From contig JAUYQQ010000015.1 of assembly GCA_030697165.1 (NCBI GenBank), positions 292,645 to 356,644 of the forward strand: a stretch of DNA of 64,000 nucleotides. Direction: 5' to 3'. Below are positions 25,677 to 35,182 of this stretch, piece by piece. Source of the stretch: Acidobacteriota bacterium. Lineage in GTDB: Bacteria; Acidobacteriota; Vicinamibacteria; Vicinamibacterales; UBA2999. The notes beneath the pieces are model-generated. The model searched no databases. It had not been told where the DNA came from and saw nothing but the letters and a program-made list of their open reading frames with translations. Each line of letters opens with the position of its first letter. Positions within the stretch are counted from its first letter, which is position 1. Position numbers and translations under genes: made by a program.

Positions 25677-27046
25677 ACCGCCCCGGAGGACTTCGGGGTG
25701 ACGAGGCGATTGACACCCCACCACGCCACCAGGGCGTAGCTCATGATGATCAGATCCTGCATGGAGCGCAGGCCCGCCACCAGCACCATCACGGCAAGGG
25801 CGTAGACGATGGGGTTCTTGGCCGTGATGCCGACGTCGCGGAGGGTGCTCGCGGTGCTGGCCAGGCGGCCATGAAACCAGGCGCCGAAGATCAGCGCCGG
25901 CCATCCCCACGAAAGATACCACTCGCCGATGATCGAAGTTGACAGGCTCAAGCCCTTCATACCGATTTCTGTCGGCAAGTCGAAGCCGGCGTTAATGGGC
26001 TTCCCGGGCCAGAACACTCGTGGCACCGGCCGCACCAGCGTGAAAACCAGCTGCTGCGAATACACATAGTCGCGCCGGCTGGGCACCAACTCGATGACCT
26101 GCGCCAGGCGGAGAAAGTTGTCATCTACGTGCAGGTAGTCATACTGGCTTTCGCTGTTGAGAAACTCGTCGTAGCCACGGGTCCGGATGTTGAGCATGAA
26201 CTGCATGGTCCAGACCATGGCAAGGCTGACTGCACCAACAGCGAGGAGCTTCCGGATCTTCATTCCGGACTGCGCCTGCACCCAGACGATCAAAGCCGCG
26301 CCCACGGTCACGAGGATGATACGCCGGCCGCCGCTCTGGGCCAGAAACAGCAGCATGACCAGGGATGCCGCGGCGGACAGCAGCGTTTCAAACCGCAGCC
26401 CGCGGCGCGCGAACAGCAGAGCCGTGAGGCTCGGCAGCACGTACCCGAAGTACGGCATCTGGTCGATGAAGGAACCCCACCCACCGAGTTGTCCCCGGCC
26501 CCACGGCACGTCCCACCGGTTGTTCCCCAAGTAGGAGAACATCGCGATGATGTCGAAATCGACGGAGTACATGTAGTTGAGCATGCCGAGAAAGAAACAT
26601 ACGGGGACCAGTCGCGCCACGGCCTTGGTGTTCAGCGGATTTCTGGCGACGCCTTCCAGGAATTTGGGCAACGCCCACGGCCGACCAATTGCGCCGGCCC
26701 ACATCGCCGACGCCGACACGCCGACCGCAACCAGTGCGAGCCGCAATGCCTCGTTGGACGCATCGCCCAGGTCGTACGCGCCCTGGACCAGGTCCAACAA
26801 CAGCCAGCCGACATAGCCGGCGGCGACAAAGTTGTCGGCGTTCATCATCGTCCGCGAGTTCGTGATCACCCGCATCGCCGGAACGAAGATGATGGACACG
26901 GCGAGAATCGCTCCCGGCACGACCAGCGCGCCGCGCGGCGCCGGGTTGTCGGGAAACAGCAGCAGGGCGCCAAGGGTCCCGAGCGCCGACGTGGCGAGCC
27001 CCAGCAGAGGGCCGTAATGTTCGCGCGACGTCTTATCCATGAACAC
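25673..27046 (-). CDS. Polytopic membrane protein, probable oligosaccharide repeat-unit polymerase (Wzy-like)
   Basis: 457 aa, more than 10 predicted TM helices, with large loops containing RPVPRVFWPGKP. It resembles Wzy-type polymerases rather than MATE-like Wzx. Assignment is by pattern only. Confidence 0.6.
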   Translation of the reverse strand: MFMDKTSREHYGPLLGLATSALGTLGALLLFPDNPAPRGALVVPGAILAVSIIFVPAMRVITNSRTMMNADNFVAAGYVGWLLLDLVQGAYDLGDASNEALRLALVAVGVSASAMWAGAIGRPWALPKFLEGVARNPLNTKAVARLVPVCFFLGMLNYMYSVDFDIIAMFSYLGNNRWDVPWGRGQLGGWGSFIDQMPYFGYVLPSLTALLFARRGLRFETLLSAAASLVMLLFLAQSGGRRIILVTVGAALIVWVQAQSGMKIRKLLAVGAVSLAMVWTMQFMLNIRTRGYDEFLNSESQYDYLHVDDNFLRLAQVIELVPSRRDYVYSQQLVFTLVRPVPRVFWPGKPINAGFDLPTEIGMKGLSLSTSIIGEWYLSWGWPALIFGAWFHGRLASTASTLRDVGITAKNPIVYALAVMVLVAGLRSMQDLIIMSYALVAWWGVNRLVTPKSSGAV

Positions 27047-28883
27047 GCCTGCCGACCCCTGGAACCACGGGTTCGTGAATGCTTGCCGACGTCGTCATCC
27101 GCTCCACCCATCGCTCGAGCATGAACACGCTCCACTTGCGGTACCACGTCTCGGTCGGGACCGGGCACGTGCGGCTGACCTCGGCAAACAGCTGGCGCCA
27201 CTCGCCGTCCAGCCACTGTTCGAACGGGAGCTGGAAACAGCGTTTGGGCTGATGGGCGACCCACCCTGGCACTTCGGGCACGGCATCGAGCAGCAGCCGC
27301 TTGCCCGCGCGAAGACGCGTAACTGCCGGCACGCGACCCACGGCGTCGATCACCGCGGCATCCAGAAACGGCGTGCGCAGTTCGAGACCCCAGGCCATGC
27401 TCATTACGTCGCTTTCACGCAGCAACTGATTTCGCACGTACCGGGTCAACTCCAGACGGCTCACCGCGTCGCCGGTTGTGGGATCGGGCGTGGGAACATC
27501 CTGCATATCATCTTCCGGTTCGCCCTCAGTCGCTCCGCCGTAATGCTCTACCAGCTGGCGTGCTTCGGCCCTCGTGTAAATACCGCGAAACGTGGCGTAG
27601 GCCGTCAGGAGGCCCGCCGGCTGGCCCAGCATGTCACCGAGGCGGCGACCCCGGTGCCCAGGCGCCACGCCTTCGAGGGCGTGCCCCACGGCACGCCTCG
27701 CCAACGGGAAGCGGCTTAGCCGCAAGTCCCACCGCGCCAGTCGCGGCACCTCCGTAAACGAAGGGTAGCCGCCGAAGATCTCGTCGGCGCCCAACCCCGA
27801 CAGCGCCACTGTCACGCCTCGTTCCCGCGCGAAACCCGCCAGCGCGAAGGTGTTGAGGCCGTCGATGCTGGGCTGATCGAAGGCGCCAAGAAACTTACTG
27901 AAGATCGCCCTGCCGGTGGCCGCATCGACCGGATAGTCCTGATGTTGCGTCGCGAAGTGCACGGCCACCCGGCGGGCCGCCGCCCCCTCGTCCGAGGGCA
28001 CGCCGGGCAGCGACAAGGAAAAAGTCTGCAGGCCCTTGTGGCCGTTGGCGCTCGCCAACGCGACCAGGGCCGTGGAGTCGATGCCACCGCTCAGAAAGAC
28101 GCCGACCGGCACGTCGCTCACGAAATGCTGCTCGACCGAGTCGAGCAGCGCCGCGCGGGTGGCCGCCACGGCATCAAGAGCCGGCATCGTCTCGGTCGGG
28201 AATCGAAGCGCCCAGTATCGCCCGCGCTCGAGGCGACCTGCATGCCACCGCGCGTGGTGGCCGGCCTCGAGGCATTGGACGCTACGCAACAGCGTTCGCG
28301 GCTCGGGGATTGAGCCGGTGCGAAAGTACTGATAGACCGCTCGCGGATCCAGTTCACGCGCCACCAGTCCAGACGCCAGCAGGGCGCGCACCTCCGATCC
28401 GAACACCAGCCCGCCCCTGCCCACGTGATAATAAAGCGGCTTGAGGCCAAAGCGATCGCGCGCCAACAGACACGTCTGCTCTCGCTCGTCCCACACCGCG
28501 AAGGCGAACATGCCCCGGAACAACTCGACGCACCTGTCGCCGTAGGCCTGATACGCCCGCAGGATCACTTCGGTGTCGGAACGGGTCGAGAACGCGGCGC
28601 CTTTCTGCGCGAGCGTGCGGCGCAGTTCAAGGAAATTGTAGATTTCTCCATTGAAGACGACCGTGTAACGGCCATCGGCCGTGGACATGGGCTGGTGCCC
28701 GGCGGGGCTCAGGTCAAGGATGGCGAGCCGTGTGTGCGCGAACGCGGCCAGGCCGGATGGGGAGCGCCACTGTCCGCGATCGTCGGGCCCCCGGTGCCGC
28801 AGCGCGCTTTGCATGGCATCAAGCGCGGGCCGCATATCGGACCGGCCGGCCTCGGCTGTCAGGATTCCTGCGATGCCGCACAT
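27033..28883 (-). CDS. asnB: Asparagine synthase (glutamine-hydrolysing) family amidotransferase
   Basis: Start at MCGIAGIL (Ntn Cys2) at 28883. PP-loop SGGIDS, about 616 aa. In polysaccharide loci this family usually amidates sugar carboxylates. Confidence 0.9.
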   Translation of the reverse strand: MCGIAGILTAEAGRSDMRPALDAMQSALRHRGPDDRGQWRSPSGLAAFAHTRLAILDLSPAGHQPMSTADGRYTVVFNGEIYNFLELRRTLAQKGAAFSTRSDTEVILRAYQAYGDRCVELFRGMFAFAVWDEREQTCLLARDRFGLKPLYYHVGRGGLVFGSEVRALLASGLVARELDPRAVYQYFRTGSIPEPRTLLRSVQCLEAGHHARWHAGRLERGRYWALRFPTETMPALDAVAATRAALLDSVEQHFVSDVPVGVFLSGGIDSTALVALASANGHKGLQTFSLSLPGVPSDEGAAARRVAVHFATQHQDYPVDAATGRAIFSKFLGAFDQPSIDGLNTFALAGFARERGVTVALSGLGADEIFGGYPSFTEVPRLARWDLRLSRFPLARRAVGHALEGVAPGHRGRRLGDMLGQPAGLLTAYATFRGIYTRAEARQLVEHYGGATEGEPEDDMQDVPTPDPTTGDAVSRLELTRYVRNQLLRESDVMSMAWGLELRTPFLDAAVIDAVGRVPAVTRLRAGKRLLLDAVPEVPGWVAHQPKRCFQLPFEQWLDGEWRQLFAEVSRTCPVPTETWYRKWSVFMLERWVERMTTSASIHEPVVPGVGRRVHG

Positions 28884-30208
28884 GGAGGTGAGGAGCGATG
28901 GTCGACAAACCACCGGCGCTTGCCGGCGCGGTTGGTCTGCAGGTCTTCGGGATACGTGAAGCGAGCCCGTGCCAGCGCCGGGTGGACCTGGGCCAGACGC
29001 GCAAGGATCCGTGCTTCCATGGCGGCCCGGTCGGCGAGCGATGCGACAAGGCAGATCTCAATGCCCTCGTCTCGCAGCACCATCTGGATGTTGTAGACGC
29101 CGGCCTCCTGGTGGATGCAGTGGAAGATGGCGACGCTGTGGATTGCATCGTCGTCGTCGAGGTGGATCACGTCGTTGAGGCGGCCGCCGACGGCTTCGAA
29201 GCGCGTGACATGTCCGTTAGCCTGGCGCACTGGTCCAATCACGGTGTCGCCCAGCCGATAACGAATCAATGGGACGTATCGCTGGTAGAGCGACGTCAGC
29301 AGGACGGGATGTTCCTCGGCGGCACCATCGCCCGGTGGCTCGCACTCGAGATAGTTGAGATCTGAGTACACGTCAAAGGCCTCGGCCCCGTTCTTGAAGG
29401 CCACCTGTCCGAACTCCGCGCCGCCGTACTCCTGCACGACCGGACAGCCGAACAGGTCCTCGAGCAGCGCCACGGTGTCGGGCCGGGGGGGCGCTTCCGC
29501 GGTCGCCAGCACGAAGCGAACGCCGATGGCCCGGAAACGATCGCGAAAAGCCGTCGTGTAGCGGGCGAACAGATCCAACGCCGACGCATACCCGATCAAG
29601 CCCAGCGGGCGGAAGCGCAGCAGGGCGTCGGCGTAGGCTTCGCACGACGCCCGGTTCAGTCGATACGCGTCCACGCGCCGATAGCCGAGGAAGGCATCCG
29701 CCAGGCGGCGCTGCCAGTGATTGACCTTTCCGGCCCAGCCGGTACCAAGCAGATGGGCATGCCCCCAGATGAGGAACAGCCGCGAGCCTGGCTCGTATCC
29801 AAAGCCCTGCCATTCGGCGAGCTTGACTATGCGCATGAGGTCGCGCTCGGACTGATTGAGACCCATCCGCAACGGCGTGCCGGTGGATCCGGCGGTCTTG
29901 ATGAAGGAATCGGGCGGCCCGGAGCGGCGAAGAAACTCAGCAGGCCGGTCCTGCAGCAGCTGTCGCGTCAGCACAGGAAGGCCCTGCACATCGGCCCAGG
30001 AATGAATCTCCGCCGGCACGCGGCCCGATCGTACCAGCGACGCATAGTACGGCACGTCGTTCACCGCATCGATCCACACTCGCTGGAACGCCTCGAGCTG
30101 CCGGTGCGACCAGGCCGTGGCGTCGGCCGCGGCCAGTTCCTGGCGGCGGGCCGCGGCGGCGGCGAGATGGCGCCGTACGGTACGGCCGGGCAGGAGCGTT
30201 GCCAACAT
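28859..30208 (-). CDS. Phenylacetate-CoA ligase-like adenylate-forming enzyme (CapK/F390-synthetase type)
   Basis: AMP-binding core motif KTAGSTGTPLRMG. Start set at the ATG at 30208 (MLATLLPG), 14 nt after the upstream stop. The 3' end overlaps the asnB start by 25 nt. Confidence 0.7.
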   Translation of the reverse strand: MLATLLPGRTVRRHLAAAAARRQELAAADATAWSHRQLEAFQRVWIDAVNDVPYYASLVRSGRVPAEIHSWADVQGLPVLTRQLLQDRPAEFLRRSGPPDSFIKTAGSTGTPLRMGLNQSERDLMRIVKLAEWQGFGYEPGSRLFLIWGHAHLLGTGWAGKVNHWQRRLADAFLGYRRVDAYRLNRASCEAYADALLRFRPLGLIGYASALDLFARYTTAFRDRFRAIGVRFVLATAEAPPRPDTVALLEDLFGCPVVQEYGGAEFGQVAFKNGAEAFDVYSDLNYLECEPPGDGAAEEHPVLLTSLYQRYVPLIRYRLGDTVIGPVRQANGHVTRFEAVGGRLNDVIHLDDDDAIHSVAIFHCIHQEAGVYNIQMVLRDEGIEICLVASLADRAAMEARILARLAQVHPALARARFTYPEDLQTNRAGKRRWFVDHRSSPPCAASQES

Positions 30209-30222
30209 GTGGGCGGTCGCGT

Positions 30223-31575
30223 TCAGGTCGACGTCGCCGTGCGACCGGGCCGTTCGATCTGTCCAATCCAGCCAGGTGGCGGGGCGAACTGGAAATTGAC
30301 GCCCATCTCGAATAGCGGGCACGGCCGCCCGTCGATCGTGACCACCAGGTCGTTCAACGTGAACCGTCCCCACTCGACGCCGCGGTACTGGCGGCGCTCG
30401 GCCAGCACTGGGATCTTGTCAGGATCGAAGCCCATTGCCCAGCTGAGGACGGTGTCAATCGCGAACGGGTCGTCGCCACAAACCAGGACATCGGTGTCGC
30501 GAGCCACCGCCTTCAAGGGGCCATCACCCTCGCCGCTGATGAGCCCGTCGACAATGCAGAAGTACTCGCGCTGCGGCGTCGGGTGGAGGCGGCCGTCACG
30601 GCCGACCCGCTGGATGACCAGGTTCAAGTCGTAGATCATTCGCCACAGTGTCTGGTTGCCGTACCAGCTCCCGCCGACGACGTAGAAATCCGCCGGCGAT
30701 GTCCGGCTGCGGTCCCGTCTCCGCAAAGCGTTGTTGATGGCCTTGACCGCCTGCCATCCCGGCCGCAGCCAGCGGTGGGCAAGCGTGCCGCGCACCATCT
30801 CGTGAACGTTGTTCTGCACCCAGTACAACCACCGGCCCTCGTCGCTGTACTCATCGCCCCCCCAGCGCGGCGAGCCACGCCGGAAATGCGGCAAGTAGGA
30901 CTTGTCGCCGTTGATGCCGACGAGGTTCTTGAGCGCACCAGTCACGCCGGATTTCGAGTGGGCCTTCCACTTCGGCAGGTTGATGACCAGGTCGGCGTCA
31001 AGCACGGTCTGGCTCACGAGGTAGCGGTGATCGCCAGGCCGGTGGCAATTGCGGGTCGTCGCCGGGTCGTGGTCATGAATCGAGAATCGATCGGCCTGGT
31101 CGGCAATGGGCTCGAGGTGACTTTCGCCCTGCAGTTCGACCTCCCGGTACCCCACCGGGTCACCGTGGGGCGCGTCCAGGTCCAGCACCAGCACGTCGTC
31201 CACAGTCCGGTAGACATCCTTGCGCAGGTCCCGAAACTCGACTTGCCCCGGGAAGGCCGCCACGAGCGTCTCCATCACGGCTGAGAGACCCGACTGCCGG
31301 CACATCAGTGGCCAGTCGGCCCTCTGCTCGAGGCAGTCGCCAACGGTAATCCGCTCAGCCGCCGGGAACAGCGCCACGCACGCCCGCACCGTGGCGTCGA
31401 TGACCCGGGCGTCCGTCACCAGCGCCGCAATCGGATACGCCGGCTCGGTTTCGTGCATCACCCAGTTGGGCTTGATGACGATGCGCCGTGGCTCGACGCG
31501 GGCGGCGAGTCGCCGCAGTTCATCACCGACGATCTCGGGCAGCCGTGACGCGGCCTGGCCATACCAGCTAACCAT
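30223..31575 (-). CDS. DUF362 domain protein, paralogue A
   Basis: 450 aa with IVIKPNWV, DLVINLPKWKAHSKSGVTGALKNLVGINGDK and DGLISGEGDGPL, all DUF362 signatures. It is ~60% identical by eye to 32653..34017. Confidence 0.7.
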   Translation of the reverse strand: MVSWYGQAASRLPEIVGDELRRLAARVEPRRIVIKPNWVMHETEPAYPIAALVTDARVIDATVRACVALFPAAERITVGDCLEQRADWPLMCRQSGLSAVMETLVAAFPGQVEFRDLRKDVYRTVDDVLVLDLDAPHGDPVGYREVELQGESHLEPIADQADRFSIHDHDPATTRNCHRPGDHRYLVSQTVLDADLVINLPKWKAHSKSGVTGALKNLVGINGDKSYLPHFRRGSPRWGGDEYSDEGRWLYWVQNNVHEMVRGTLAHRWLRPGWQAVKAINNALRRRDRSRTSPADFYVVGGSWYGNQTLWRMIYDLNLVIQRVGRDGRLHPTPQREYFCIVDGLISGEGDGPLKAVARDTDVLVCGDDPFAIDTVLSWAMGFDPDKIPVLAERRQYRGVEWGRFTLNDLVVTIDGRPCPLFEMGVNFQFAPPPGWIGQIERPGRTATST

Positions 31576-32656
31576 GCCGGCTCGGCTCGTGACGCGCGCC
31601 CGTGGTCAGGATTTCGTTGAAGCAGTTATGCATCCGGTCGGCCCAGGCGTCCGCCGAAAAGGCCGCCGCCAAACTGCGGCTGCGTGCACCCATCGTTCGG
31701 AAGGCATAGTGGTGCTCGTGCATCCACTTCATTGCGTCCGCGAGCGCGGTGACGTTCCCGGCCGGCACCAGGAGCCCGTTGTGGTACAGGTGCAATAGAT
31801 CATCCGCCGCGCCACAGCGATCAGAACAGATCAAAGGCAGCCCCGTGGCTGCGGCCTCGGCAATTGCCACGCCCCAGGGCTCTTCCAGGCTCGGCATCAC
31901 GAACACGCCACGTTCTGAAAACACCGTCGGCAATGCGCTGGGCAGCACGTAACCAAGGTCTTGCACACCCTCATGCCCACGCAACCGGGCCGCGTCGGGA
32001 CCAGTACCACAACAATCGAGCGGCCAAGGATCGGCGACAGCTGACCGGTATTGGCGGTACGCGTCCATGAGAACGCCGAGGCCCTTCTCCCTCACGTAGC
32101 GACCGGCAAACAAGAACCGCTTGGGCCACTCGGGAGCCCCGTCCAGGCGGCTTGATCCAAGCGCGCCGAAGCGCTTGAAGTCAAACCCGTACAGGCCCGG
32201 CAGAATCTGGTCGGGGCGCGCGCCGAGCCGGCGGGCGAATTCCCGGGTCCGCGGGCCGGCCACCACGACTCTCTCCATTCTCTCGACAAGCCCCCTGAGC
32301 CGAACCTGGTTAAGGCGTTGGCGCCACGACCCGCTCCACGGCGTGTCCATGCCGAGCAGGAACTTCGCGGCCTGAAGGTCCTTGCGAAGCAGGAGTTTCC
32401 GGTAAGGCGCGTAAAACCAACCACACAAGACGACGATATCGGGCTTTCGGTCCGCGACCATCTGCCCGATCGCGTCGTTCGGCTGGCTGGCCTGCAGCTT
32501 GTCGTTCGGAATGCCGTTGAGCAGGTTCTCCTGATACGGCAGGTCGTTGTAATCCAGGTGGATGACGTAGAGCTCCACTGCGTCCCGACGCTGAAGGGCG
32601 TGCAAGCAGGACGCCATGTACCCCTGCATGCCCGACCAGCAGAACACGACCTTCAT
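31568..32656 (-). CDS. Glycosyltransferase family 4
   Basis: 362 aa. GT-B C-terminal motif VFVMPSLEEPWGVAIAEAAATGLPLICSDRCGAADDL. Both ends overlap the flanking DUF362 genes. Confidence 0.8.
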   Translation of the reverse strand: MKVVFCWSGMQGYMASCLHALQRRDAVELYVIHLDYNDLPYQENLLNGIPNDKLQASQPNDAIGQMVADRKPDIVVLCGWFYAPYRKLLLRKDLQAAKFLLGMDTPWSGSWRQRLNQVRLRGLVERMERVVVAGPRTREFARRLGARPDQILPGLYGFDFKRFGALGSSRLDGAPEWPKRFLFAGRYVREKGLGVLMDAYRQYRSAVADPWPLDCCGTGPDAARLRGHEGVQDLGYVLPSALPTVFSERGVFVMPSLEEPWGVAIAEAAATGLPLICSDRCGAADDLLHLYHNGLLVPAGNVTALADAMKWMHEHHYAFRTMGARSRSLAAAFSADAWADRMHNCFNEILTTGARHEPSRHG

Positions 32657-34017
32657 GCCCGCGCCAGACTTCGGTCGCCTACCACGGGGCGCTCAATATG
32701 ACCAACCCAACCCGGCGGCGGCACGAATCCGTGATTGACGTCAAAGGCCGTCAACGACGCGGTTCGGCCGTCCAGAGTTACCGGCAAGGTGTCCAAGTCG
32801 AAGCGGCCCCACTCAGGACCAAGGTACCGGCGACGCTCGGCGACAATCGATAATCGTCCGGGGTCGTACCCCATGAACCAGGCCAGCGCCGCATCGATCG
32901 CAAACGGATCACGGCCGAATGCCAGCCAATCGAGCGGTCGCGGCGTCGGCGACAGCGGACCGTCACCTTCCCCGCAGATCAGGCCATCGACCACGCAGAA
33001 ATAGTGACGCTGCGGACGGTCCCGGAGCACGCCGTCCGCATCGACCAACTGGATGATCATGTTGAGGTCGTAGATCATGCGCCAGATCGTTTGGTTCCCG
33101 TACCACGCCCCGCCGCCGACGTAGAAATCGCCGGCGGGATCGCTCTCTCGTCGCAGTACTACAGACCGCAGCGTTTTGATCGCGAGCCAGATCGGTCGCA
33201 GGAGCTTATAGGCCCACCAGCAGTACGCGCGCGTGAAGTCACGGAGGGCGCTCTGCGTCCAGTACAGCCAGCGGCTGCTGTCCCAATACTCATCGCCGCC
33301 CCAGCGGGGGGCGCCCTTGCGGAAGTGAGGCAGGTACGCTTTGTCGCCGTTGATGCCCACCAGGTTCTTCAAGGCACCGGTCAGCCCGGACTTGGAATGT
33401 GTCTTCCACTTCGGCAGGTTGATGATCAAGTCGGCGTCGAGAAACGACTGGCTCACGAAATAGCGGTGGTCCCCGGGGCGGTGGTTGGCCTGGGTCGCTT
33501 CCCGGTCGTGGTCGTGGATCGAGAACCGCGCCGACTCCCCCGCGATCTCTTCGAAGTGACTGACCGCCCCCAGCCGGACTTCGCGGTAGCCAAGCGGATC
33601 GCCATGCGGCGCACCCGACTGCGGCACCAGACGGCCATCCGCATAGGTATACACGTCACGCCGCAGGTCGCGAAACTCGACGCGGCCGGGGTAGCGGACC
33701 TGGAGCTCAGCCACCACCGGCTCGAGACCTGATTGGCGCAGCAACAGGGGCCAGTCGGCCCGTTGCAGCGGGCAATCGCCCACCGTGATCAGGGTCGATT
33801 CGGGAAACAATTCCGCTGCGGCCCGCACGGTCGCGGCAATGACCCGCGCGTCGGTGACCAACGCCGAAATTGGATGACTGGCGGCAGAGGAATGAAGCAC
33901 CCAATTGGGTTTGATGACGATGTGGCGCGGCCTCAGGTGGCCGACCTGGCGCCGCATCTCGTCGCGGATCAAAGCCTCGATCCGATCGCTCGCGTGACTG
34001 AAGCAGGTCACCGTCAA
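32653..34017 (-). CDS. DUF362 domain protein, paralogue B
   Basis: 454 aa with the same motif set as paralogue A (IVIKPNWV, INLPKWKTHSKSGLTGALKNLVGINGDK, DGLICGEGDGPL). Confidence 0.7.
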   Translation of the reverse strand: MTVTCFSHASDRIEALIRDEMRRQVGHLRPRHIVIKPNWVLHSSAASHPISALVTDARVIAATVRAAAELFPESTLITVGDCPLQRADWPLLLRQSGLEPVVAELQVRYPGRVEFRDLRRDVYTYADGRLVPQSGAPHGDPLGYREVRLGAVSHFEEIAGESARFSIHDHDREATQANHRPGDHRYFVSQSFLDADLIINLPKWKTHSKSGLTGALKNLVGINGDKAYLPHFRKGAPRWGGDEYWDSSRWLYWTQSALRDFTRAYCWWAYKLLRPIWLAIKTLRSVVLRRESDPAGDFYVGGGAWYGNQTIWRMIYDLNMIIQLVDADGVLRDRPQRHYFCVVDGLICGEGDGPLSPTPRPLDWLAFGRDPFAIDAALAWFMGYDPGRLSIVAERRRYLGPEWGRFDLDTLPVTLDGRTASLTAFDVNHGFVPPPGWVGHIERPVVGDRSLARA

Positions 34018-34030
34018 CGGGTTTCGCGCC

Positions 34031-35182
34031 TCATTGGTTCCAGCCGAGCCGCCGGCGCTCAGCCACGAGGGCCAGGACCTCGTCGGTCTTGTCGCCGAAC
34101 AGGGAACTGCCCTTCAGGAACTGATGCGGTTCGACGCCCTGGCCAAACGTGTTCGCCTCGACCAGGCACGGCAAGCCGTTGTCCAGCAGGGCAATATCGC
34201 AGGACACCACGTCGAAGTAGGTCAGGCGCGAATGGACGCGGACGGCCAGGTCGCAAATGGCGTCGAACTCCGGGAGCATCTGGTCGGCAAACGACTCGCC
34301 GGTAATCGGATGGCGGTCGTAGCGCCGGAACAGCACGTCGCAGGCAAAGGGCGTCAACCGCGCATCCCCCAGGTCGACGCCGCACAACAGCCCGCCGGCA
34401 TGACCATTATCGACGTGACTGCCGTTGCCCATGCGGAAGGTCGCCGCGATCGGGGACACGGCGCCCCGCAACCGCAACGTGATCATCCGGATGGTATTCA
34501 ACGACGGCGGGTGAAACGCGGCCATGAACGGAGACTGATGAACGACTCGCTGGACCAGGAAATCCTGGACGTAGATCCGTTCTACATCGGCCAGCGAGAG
34601 CAACGTGGCGCCAATCCTGAACCCGTCGCGCGAACCATCGAACTGCGCCACGTTGTGCCCGCTGCCCGTGCCGGAAATCGACGGCTTGATGATGTACCGC
34701 TGAGGACCAGTACCGAAAAGTTCGGTTGCCGCCTCGCGCGCCACGGGCCGGTAGTCGCTGTCAAAGTAGTGACCGTAGATATTCCGCAGCACCGTGGCCG
34801 GCCGCTGGACGTCCGGAAACAGCCGATCTAACTGGTTCTTGTCGTGGTAGGCCGGCGCGACATCGCGGCGGCATAACATCGGCTCCAGGTGCAGCCGGAA
34901 CACTTCTTCGGGAATGTAGCGGGGATCCACCCGTCCGGTGAGCGCCTTGAACAGCCGGAACCACGATGCGCTGGCATAGTCGATGCCGTAAGCCGACCAA
35001 TACTCGCGAATTCGCTGCCGTTCATTCAGCGTGAGTCGCCCGGCGTTATCCGGGTCGACGTGCCGCAGCAAGCCACGCAGCCGGCCCTGATATTCCCACC
35101 GGTAGCGCCAGCGCTCGGCCCTGCCAAGGCCCCGGCGAACCAGCGTGGGTTGAAACGGACTTGGGAGTTCAGAAGGCTTCAT
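34031..35182 (-). CDS. Sugar-transfer-associated ATP-grasp protein (ATPgrasp_ST-like)
   Basis: 383 aa with YIIKPSISGTGSGHNV, NGHAGGLLCGVDL, RHPITGESFADQMLPEFD and DIALLDNGLPCLVEANT. These fit the ATP-grasp pattern seen in surface-polysaccharide loci. Recognised from memory. Confidence 0.6.
   Translation of the reverse strand: MKPSELPSPFQPTLVRRGLGRAERWRYRWEYQGRLRGLLRHVDPDNAGRLTLNERQRIREYWSAYGIDYASASWFRLFKALTGRVDPRYIPEEVFRLHLEPMLCRRDVAPAYHDKNQLDRLFPDVQRPATVLRNIYGHYFDSDYRPVAREAATELFGTGPQRYIIKPSISGTGSGHNVAQFDGSRDGFRIGATLLSLADVERIYVQDFLVQRVVHQSPFMAAFHPPSLNTIRMITLRLRGAVSPIAATFRMGNGSHVDNGHAGGLLCGVDLGDARLTPFACDVLFRRYDRHPITGESFADQMLPEFDAICDLAVRVHSRLTYFDVVSCDIALLDNGLPCLVEANTFGQGVEPHQFLKGSSLFGDKTDEVLALVAERRRLGWNQ

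Noticed and set aside
25673-27046. Considered as the missing Wzx flippase.
   Set aside because: The loop-rich topology and the RPVPRVFWPGKP-type motif look like a Wzy-type polymerase rather than a 12-TM MATE-like Wzx. This is unverified without an HMM search, so the uncertainty is noted in the findings.
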